Source of the DNA: a virus
Taxonomy: Duplodnaviria; Caudoviricetes
Virus record (IMG/VR): IMGVR_UViG_3300020460_000014
Span: 13,192-77,191 of that record
Strand: one strand, 5' to 3'
DNA: 64,000 nt
Numbering within the stretch: the first letter of the stretch is position 1; each line of letters opens with the position of its first letter. The position numbers were made by a program, and so were the translations under genes. Positions 57,797 through 64,000 of this stretch are shown piece by piece. The notes below the pieces were generated by a model, which saw nothing but the letters and a program-made list of their open reading frames with translations, was not told the DNA's origin and did not search any database.

Positions 57797-58795
57797 CTAA
57801 AATATCTCTTCCTCATCCCAAACTTCGTCTTCGCCAGCCTTTGAATAGGCAGTCGGTCTAATAGCAAAAAAGTCTGTATGTTCAACGCCTCCTGTAAGAT
57901 GATAGAACCAATTGAGATTATTTGCAGAATTAGTATCATATTCAAATTTGCTTTCATATCCTAATTCTATTAATTTCTCATTTGCCCTTCTTGTAATAAA
58001 ATTCTTGACATCTTCTGCTTTAAGATTTTCAAGATCTCCCATTTCAAACATTTTATCAATAAATTTATGCTCCATCTCTACCATTAATTCTGCAGCATTC
58101 TCCACATCTCCCTTTACTTCACTTAAAAGTTCAGGATATTCTTGACACATATGTCTGAATAATTTGCAGCCCATTTTTGAGTGTAACGATTCGTCTCGGA
58201 CTGACCACTTCATTTGCTGTCCAATTCCCTTTAAAAGATTTCTCATTTGAAAAGAATATAAAACTGCAAAAGAACTATAAAGACTTACGCCCTCTGCAAA
58301 TGCAGAAAATATAGCAAGACTTCTTGCAACTTGCCTTCTAGCCTTTGAACTATCGACAAGGTCTTCATGCGACCAATCTCCATCTACATTTGTTAAATAT
58401 TCAAATTTTTCTGCAATTGTAGGTTCATGTAGGAATGCTGAAAAATCATCTAATCCTAATGTTTCATTTAAATAAGAATAGGCTGTAGCATGTATAGTTT
58501 CTTGACTTCCAAAAATCATTGCCATTTGTTTGATCTCATGTTTTGGAAACCAATTAGTAACCATTGTTGTCCAATAATCAGAAACTGCACATTCTGTTTG
58601 TGCAAAACCTAAAAGAATATTACCAACTAGGTTTTTTTCATGCTCTTTTAAGTTTTCTTTCCAATCTTTAATGTCACTTTGCATTGGAATTTCTGTATGT
58701 AGCCAAAATGCTTGGGCCTGTGGAAGCCATCCTTCATTGTAATATTCTGGAAATTCAAATGGCTTATATTCTATTCTTTCTTTAAATAATTTCAT
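57797..58795 (-). CDS. nrdB: ribonucleotide reductase class Ia beta subunit
   Basis: 'ETIHATAYSY', 'EGVSLYSSF', 'RDESLH', 'DFFA..PTAY'. Confidence 0.96.
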   Translation of the reverse strand: MKLFKERIEYKPFEFPEYYNEGWLPQAQAFWLHTEIPMQSDIKDWKENLKEHEKNLVGNILLGFAQTECAVSDYWTTMVTNWFPKHEIKQMAMIFGSQETIHATAYSYLNETLGLDDFSAFLHEPTIAEKFEYLTNVDGDWSHEDLVDSSKARRQVARSLAIFSAFAEGVSLYSSFAVLYSFQMRNLLKGIGQQMKWSVRDESLHSKMGCKLFRHMCQEYPELLSEVKGDVENAAELMVEMEHKFIDKMFEMGDLENLKAEDVKNFITRRANEKLIELGYESKFEYDTNSANNLNWFYHLTGGVEHTDFFAIRPTAYSKAGEDEVWDEEEIF

Positions 58796-58951
58796 ATTTT
58801 ATTATAGTTTTTAAAAATTACCCCCAACTCTAAACAATACGATATTATTAGGCTATCGTTACTTTTTAGATTAAGAAAGGTCTGATTAGACCTTTAAAAT
58901 AGCAGCGCTGCATTTGATTAATTTATATATCATGTAGCAGGCTCCAGATGG

Positions 58952-60352
58952 TTATTTTTTAAGATTAATTTTTTTTCGTATTAATCGAGCCTTCTCAAAA
59001 TACTCGAAAGATTTTGCTTTATACTCTTTTCTTTGATTATATAAATCGCTTAATATTTTCTTTAATATGGAATCTTCTTTTTTGAAGACTGCTCCATTTT
59101 CGCATACAATTAAACTTTTATCCTCTTTGTATTTTTTAGTATTTTCTTTAGTAACTTTCTTTAAAAAAGAATCTGGAGAAATATTAAATTGGCGCATAAT
59201 AGAAGGGTATAGAGAGGCAAAGTCAAAGGCACTTACTCCACCATAAAAGCCGGAGATAGGTTCTTTAACAAAGGCTCCTGCATATTTGCCATCTTTTTTA
59301 TTTTCTTCTCGTGGCTCTACTCCTATTCTCTTGTTCTGTTCCATCAACTTTCTTGCCATTAGTGCCTCAGTCATTGCGACAGGGCTTGCGGCTTTATATA
59401 ACGGCATCTTGGTTATGTTTGCCAAAGTTAATAAAACTTCCATTGATTTTATTTTTTCATCAATATAATATACTAAGCATGAGTCAACTATATTATAATA
59501 AATGTATTTTCTAAAATCATTTTCATATAATTCTTGTAATCCACCGTTATATTTAATCTTTTTAAGACCAACAACTTGACTTGAAACATAATCTAGTGTA
59601 TTTGACTCTTTTACTTTTACACTTCTATCATACTTATCATATAATTGCATATAATCAAGTATGCCCATATGAAGAGGTCTTCCGTCAATTTTATCAACTG
59701 CCTTTGTTATAGCGGCCTCACTGATATCAATTTGAAGTCTTTTGCATCTATTCACAATATACTGCCAATCATAATTAATAAAATTCCAACCTGTCATCAT
59801 TGGAAATTTTGGCATAAATTTATGAATAAAATTATAGACCATATCATATTCGCTCTTAAATTTATAATAAGAAAGGCTCCAATCGCTATCTAATGTTTTG
59901 AAATATTCATTAGTATCATCTTCCATACCTTGAATATTTTCTAAATCTTTAAGACCTAAAACGATTGCCTTTCTTTCTGGTGTAATAATTGAAAAAGAAA
60001 GAATTCTTGTTTTAGCCTCTTCTGGTTTTGGGAAACCATCAACTATTTCAGTTTCAATATCAACAAAATAAGTTCTTGGCATATTATATGCTAAAATCTC
60101 TTCTTGGTCTTTTTTAGGAAGACAATCAATAAAATAAATTAAACTGAATTTATTAAACTTTTTGCTTTTAACAAGTTTAATAGGACGACCATCCCAATTT
60201 GTAATTTCTTTATGTCTATAACGGTCTTTTTCATTTGTTACTACCCAATTTTCAAATTGACGTAATGGATATCTTTTGAAACTTACCGTTCCTTCTTTAT
60301 TGTAATAACTTATGATAACTTCATTATCGCGTTGCTCAATATCTAATAACAT
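58952..60352 (-). CDS. gp43: family B DNA polymerase, N-terminal half (gp43A: exonuclease + motif A)
   Basis: ExoI DIET, ExoII GWNFINYD, ExoIII YNIVD, motif A DFASLYPS; ends in fingers helix. Confidence 0.92.
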   Translation of the reverse strand: MLLDIEQRDNEVIISYYNKEGTVSFKRYPLRQFENWVVTNEKDRYRHKEITNWDGRPIKLVKSKKFNKFSLIYFIDCLPKKDQEEILAYNMPRTYFVDIETEIVDGFPKPEEAKTRILSFSIITPERKAIVLGLKDLENIQGMEDDTNEYFKTLDSDWSLSYYKFKSEYDMVYNFIHKFMPKFPMMTGWNFINYDWQYIVNRCKRLQIDISEAAITKAVDKIDGRPLHMGILDYMQLYDKYDRSVKVKESNTLDYVSSQVVGLKKIKYNGGLQELYENDFRKYIYYNIVDSCLVYYIDEKIKSMEVLLTLANITKMPLYKAASPVAMTEALMARKLMEQNKRIGVEPREENKKDGKYAGAFVKEPISGFYGGVSAFDFASLYPSIMRQFNISPDSFLKKVTKENTKKYKEDKSLIVCENGAVFKKEDSILKKILSDLYNQRKEYKAKSFEYFEKARLIRKKINLKK

Positions 60353-60381
60353 TTAATTTATTGTTTCTGGTCTATTAATAT

Positions 60382-61290
60382 CTACTCTTCTCCGTTTTCT
60401 AAAAACGTATTAAAATCTTCAAATGTAAACTCTCCTTTTAAAAAGTTTACTGCATATTTATTTATATCTTGATCTGCCATATAGTTTACATGACCGAAGT
60501 TTCTAATTAAACATCTTTTTAAACTCTTAAATTTATTAATCTGTCTTTTTTGTTTCCAATTAGAAGGTCTTTTCCAACCAATACTAAAAACATTTAAACC
60601 ATTATATGATTTAATTTCTCTATCATCATAAATAGGGGTTAAAACACATTTCCAACCCATACTAAAAAAAGTTTTATTCATAATATCGAACCAGAATGTT
60701 TTTAGACGTTCTTCGTTATTATAAATATGAACTTCCATGCATACTTCTTCAACACAATCAGGAAGGCCTTTACTAAATAAATCGAATTCAATTCCTTCTG
60801 CATCGCATTTTATAACTTGAGGTTGGTGTTCTTCTACTAACTTTAAAAAATTAGTATTATTGACTTCAATATAATTCCTTCCAGTTGTATTTCCATTTAT
60901 TCTATCAACGAATCCTATTAATTTATTTCCAGAATTTGCTCTGAAAAAGCCAATTTTCTCATCATCAAAACAAGAAACTGCAGTATTTATTAAAATAGAA
61001 TCTTCTATTTTATTATTAAGTTGTAAACATCTAAAATTTTCAGGATCTGGCTCTATTCCAATATACTTTTTTGCCTCACTCTCATAACAAAGTCTATTGA
61101 ATTGTCCAGCATTTGCTCCAATATCTAATATGACTTTATCTTTTAATTCCATGTGAGTGTAACATGCTAATTCCTTATTAGCCTTTCCGTCTTTTAAAGC
61201 ATGTAAATGGGATGAATGCGTATAATAAAATCCGCTTTTATCCTGCTTAATATTAAATTCTTCTAAGATTTTTTCTTTTGATGCCTCCAT
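60382..61290 (-). CDS. FkbM-family SAM-dependent methyltransferase
   Basis: ILDIGANAG, IEPDPENF, IKCDAEGIEF, EVH. Confidence 0.85.
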   Translation of the reverse strand: MEASKEKILEEFNIKQDKSGFYYTHSSHLHALKDGKANKELACYTHMELKDKVILDIGANAGQFNRLCYESEAKKYIGIEPDPENFRCLQLNNKIEDSILINTAVSCFDDEKIGFFRANSGNKLIGFVDRINGNTTGRNYIEVNNTNFLKLVEEHQPQVIKCDAEGIEFDLFSKGLPDCVEEVCMEVHIYNNEERLKTFWFDIMNKTFFSMGWKCVLTPIYDDREIKSYNGLNVFSIGWKRPSNWKQKRQINKFKSLKRCLIRNFGHVNYMADQDINKYAVNFLKGEFTFEDFNTFLENGEE

Positions 61291-61754
61291 TAATACCCTC
61301 TTTCTTGTCTATTAATATTTTCTTTTTGCTTTGCCATATAGAGATTGACAATATCTTCGCTTGTCATTCCAATTGCAATTGCAAAATTCATATAAAAATG
61401 TAACCCATCAATCCACTCATAATATAATTCTAATTTATCAGCTTCGGTTAAATCATCGATAGTCATTTTACTAGCTTTTGCATTGTCTTGTTTCCAATAT
61501 TTCCATGCTGCTGAACCAATACCATCATTGATTCCTCCTAATGCATCAAACATTTCATTTAATTCATCACTTAATGCATGTTTATTTACCATCCACGTTT
61601 CTGCAATTTGCTTAAGAGTTAAATTGCTGTAATCTAATCCTAATCTTGCTTGTAATTCTTTTTGTTTATTGTATATCATACCAAAAGTATCGTTGGTATT
61701 TTTGTAGTGATCTTCTACTTTTAAATCTGAACATTGATTATCTGCGTTTGCCAT
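61290..61754 (-). CDS. dimeric dUTPase/dCTPase (gp56-like all-alpha NTP-PPase)
   Basis: 'DELNEM', 'WKYWK', 'EWIDGLHFYMN', 'Y..K..EN..RQERGY'. Confidence 0.85.
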   Translation of the reverse strand: MANADNQCSDLKVEDHYKNTNDTFGMIYNKQKELQARLGLDYSNLTLKQIAETWMVNKHALSDELNEMFDALGGINDGIGSAAWKYWKQDNAKASKMTIDDLTEADKLELYYEWIDGLHFYMNFAIAIGMTSEDIVNLYMAKQKENINRQERGY

Positions 61755-61771
61755 AATTGTCTAATTTTATC

Positions 61772-61800
61772 TTTATATACAAAAAATGGGAACTGTTTAA
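61772..61800 (-). promoter_or_regulatory. AAAC-N17-TATAAA class promoter (dUTPase-FkbM-gp43A)
   Basis: TTAAAC-17 nt-TATAAA. Confidence 0.65.
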
Positions 61801-61809
61801 GGTTCCCAT
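61781..61809 (-). terminator. intrinsic terminator overlapping an AAAC-N17-TATAAA promoter
   Basis: ATGGGAAC-CTTAAACA-GTTCCCAT then T-run. Confidence 0.75.
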
Positions 61810-61836
61810 CATTTAATATCTTAATTTATTATTAAT

Positions 61837-62118
61837 TTATTCATTTTCATAAGCCCAAGTAGTCCACTCATCTTGCAAATCTAAAAAATCTTTATGACTT
61901 TTCATCTTACCATTCCATGCTCCTGCATTCATATCAAATTGAACTTTTCCATCTTTATAAAAATAAACGTTAGCTGCGAAATTCTCATCTTCATATTCTA
62001 ACATATCTCCGTCATCGTGAACAAAAACTAAATTTCCGTCTTTTTTAATTTCTTTTTTAAGGGCATTAAGATTTATAGCCTCTTCGATAAATTCTTCAAA
62101 TAATTTTACATTTTTCAT
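61837..62118 (-). CDS. small putative internal head protein
   Basis: MKNVKLFEEFIEE N-terminus; late motif at 62123-62130; own terminator. Confidence 0.55.
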   Translation of the reverse strand: MKNVKLFEEFIEEAINLNALKKEIKKDGNLVFVHDDGDMLEYEDENFAANVYFYKDGKVQFDMNAGAWNGKMKSHKDFLDLQDEWTTWAYENE

Positions 62119-62129
62119 AAACTATATAT

Positions 62130-63170
62130 CTAAAATAAAGTTTGTTGTTGGAAATTATTATTAAAGAAAGATTCCATCAAGGCCCCATCTGCTCTTGCAA
62201 CTTTTCTTCTATTAATTAAATGTGGATTATTTCTAAGTCTATGATATACTCCATATTGGCATAAACCAACTTCACATCCATAAACTTTTAAAGTATTTTG
62301 TTCTTCAGCCAAAACTCTTTGACCGTTAACTACAACATTGTGGGTAGAAGGATGTAGGAATATTTCACCAATAAGATCTACATAGTTTTCTCTAAACCAA
62401 ATTACTCTATCACCGTAAGGAATATCGCAGTCTTCTCCAAACATAATATCTAATGTTAATCTAGCACCTGGACCTGGAACACAAAATCTTTCATCATGAT
62501 TTATATTAATTGCAGGATTTACAGAATTTGAAGTTGAACAATGATATCCATAATATTGTCCTACGCCTTCAATATCTGTTATAACTCCATACATTTCTCT
62601 AAGAGATTGGGCAGCTGCCATTCTTCCTGTTATTCCTCTAGGTATAAAACTTGCAACCCATAATAGAATATTGATTTTATGGGCATCTCTTTCCTGATTT
62701 CTAACTTCTGCAACGTGTGTATTTGCTGCTCCAAAAAGACTTGTTCTTAATTCTGTAGTTCCATAAATTGGAAGTCCAAGTTGAACAGCGTCTTCTAGAT
62801 TTTTTCTAATTCTTTTCTCGTATTCTGCATCTATTAATAGTTTTCTAAAATCTACAAGTGCTGTTTTTGGATTTGGGTCCCTAGTGAGAATTTGATGAAT
62901 TCCTCTGCCTCCATAAAAATGGGAGATAATTGTATTACATATAATATTATCTATGTCCATTCCTGAAAAGACAATATTTTCCATAATATATCTCATCCTA
63001 TCATCAAGAGTTAATTGTGGATGAAAGTATTCTACAGTTTCCCCTAAAGCAGCGTCTCCGCCACTATCATAAGTTTCATTGACTCCCATCTGCCAAAGGG
63101 CTCTTTCGTTTACCTTGTTAAAGAAGTAACCAACATCTCTAACAATATCCATATTAACTCTATCTAACAT
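62130..63170 (-). CDS. aGPT-Pplase1 / 5-hmdU DNA kinase helical-domain-like protein (DNA base modification)
   Basis: 'FFNKVNER..W','D..L','DDRMRYI', HhH-like 'IEGVGQYYGY', 'PGPGARLTLDIMFG'. Confidence 0.6.
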   Translation of the reverse strand: MLDRVNMDIVRDVGYFFNKVNERALWQMGVNETYDSGGDAALGETVEYFHPQLTLDDRMRYIMENIVFSGMDIDNIICNTIISHFYGGRGIHQILTRDPNPKTALVDFRKLLIDAEYEKRIRKNLEDAVQLGLPIYGTTELRTSLFGAANTHVAEVRNQERDAHKINILLWVASFIPRGITGRMAAAQSLREMYGVITDIEGVGQYYGYHCSTSNSVNPAININHDERFCVPGPGARLTLDIMFGEDCDIPYGDRVIWFRENYVDLIGEIFLHPSTHNVVVNGQRVLAEEQNTLKVYGCEVGLCQYGVYHRLRNNPHLINRRKVARADGALMESFFNNNFQQQTLF

Positions 63171-63175
63171 ATTAA

Positions 63176-63598
63176 CTATTTTTCTACAAGATCTGATTTA
63201 ATATGGACAACATCTAAATTTGGATGTTTTTCTTTTATACACTTTAATTGTACTGTATCGTCTTCAAAAAATCTAATAACATTAATGCCTTTTTCTTTAA
63301 GTTCTTCTAATGTTCTTGCTTTGTGATTCCCAGAAAATCTTCTTGCCTTTAATGTATGATTTCCTCTTTCGGCAAGAGTCATGGGATTAAAATAAACTTT
63401 GTTGTATATTCCCCTATCTTCTAAAATCTTTGTAACGTAATCTTGTTCATCAATACATCTTCCAGTAATAATTACATCGTGCTTGCTTCTTGGTGTGATT
63501 CCGATGGAAATTACTCCATCGAAATCATATGCATAAATATCATTTATCTTTTTCTTATTAAGAAGGTCACTAAAATGGTTCCAATATGGGTATATCAT
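63176..63598 (-). CDS. capless HAD-superfamily phosphatase
   Basis: Motif I DFDGV, motif II ITGR, motif III K, motif IV FEDD. Confidence 0.8.
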   Translation of the reverse strand: MIYPYWNHFSDLLNKKKINDIYAYDFDGVISIGITPRSKHDVIITGRCIDEQDYVTKILEDRGIYNKVYFNPMTLAERGNHTLKARRFSGNHKARTLEELKEKGINVIRFFEDDTVQLKCIKEKHPNLDVVHIKSDLVEK

Positions 63599-63602
63599 AA
63601 TT

Positions 63603-63998
63603 TTAGTTTTTAAAGTATTCTTTTTCTTTTGAATCGTCTCTAATAACTTTAACCTTTGCTGCTACGACCTGTTTTTTAGTTGTTGTAGTCAGTTTTCTAT
63701 TTGCCAATGCTTCGCATTCTTGAACAGCATCTGCAAACATCATTTGCTGAGGTGGAGTTTTTTGAGTGAATGCTGATGGACCTCTTAAGGCTCCAACGAT
63801 TCCCATTTCTCTTGCAACTCTTACGTATCTTACTGCATCAATTACAACTCCTGCAGAGTTTGGACTATCTTGAACGGATAGTTGAGCATCAAATATAACT
63901 GGTGCACCTCCAAAACCTTCAAGTTCTAATCTAAAGTTCGCTACTTTATTATCACCGTAGTAGGCGATATATTCAGAAGGACCAGCGTGTAAGAAGCT
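63603..63998 (-). CDS. ino1: myo-inositol-1-phosphate synthase, C-terminal part (runs off window end)
   Basis: Open frame extends upstream of the tracked Met at 63806: SFLHAGPSEYIAYYGDNKVANFRLELEGFGGAPVIFDAQLSVQDSPNSAGVVIDAVR...PSAFTQKTPP, matching Ino1 GPSxY, D/ExK, DSPNSAGVxIDAVR, KxPP motifs. Confidence 0.88.
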   Translation of the reverse strand, partial: SFLHAGPSEYIAYYGDNKVANFRLELEGFGGAPVIFDAQLSVQDSPNSAGVVIDAVRYVRVAREMGIVGALRGPSAFTQKTPPQQMMFADAVQECEALANRKLTTTTKKQVVAAKVKVIRDDSKEKEYFKN

Positions 63999-64000
63999 AT

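Noticed and set aside
26829-60352. Inteins or group I introns in gp17, gp41, uvsX, nrdA/B or gp43
   Set aside because: ORF lengths are normal, with no C...HN intein ends and no interrupting homing endonuclease seen.
63603-63806. 67-aa stand-alone ORF
   Set aside because: It is the C-terminus of a longer Ino1 frame that is open to the window edge.

Overview
This is a 64-kb, very AT-rich segment of a large T4-like (myovirus) phage genome, with almost every gene on the minus strand. It carries the T4 core: portal, prohead protease/scaffold, major capsid, both terminase subunits, sheath, tube, neck, gp15, gp2, gp4, gp26/gp51-like proteins and a tape measure. It also carries gp41, uvsX, gp44/62, gp45, gp46/47, RNase H, ligase, nrdAB and gp55, plus a DNA polymerase split into two genes about 4 kb apart. 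The host is inferred to be Bacteroidota from the tRNA-Ala, a histone-H1(Hc1)-like gene, a TonB-dependent receptor with a lipoprotein, MarC, and A-rich starts without Shine-Dalgarno sites. The accessory region (about 0-19 kb) holds an ECF sigma factor, a photolyase-like protein, a GH16, a lytic transglycosylase, an AlkB-type alkane monooxygenase, and a TBDR+lipoprotein pair behind a Pho-box-like repeat. The best candidate for a new system is at the right end: myo-inositol-1-phosphate synthase (partial, missed by the ORF track), a HAD phosphatase, a 5-hmdU-kinase-helical/aGPT-Pplase-like protein, a dUTPase/dCTPase and an FkbM methyltransferase. This suggests an inositol-based DNA hypermodification pathway. 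Three promoter classes, a candidate +1 frameshift and structured intergenic elements were also read directly from the sequence. All family assignments are by motif recognition; no database searches were run.
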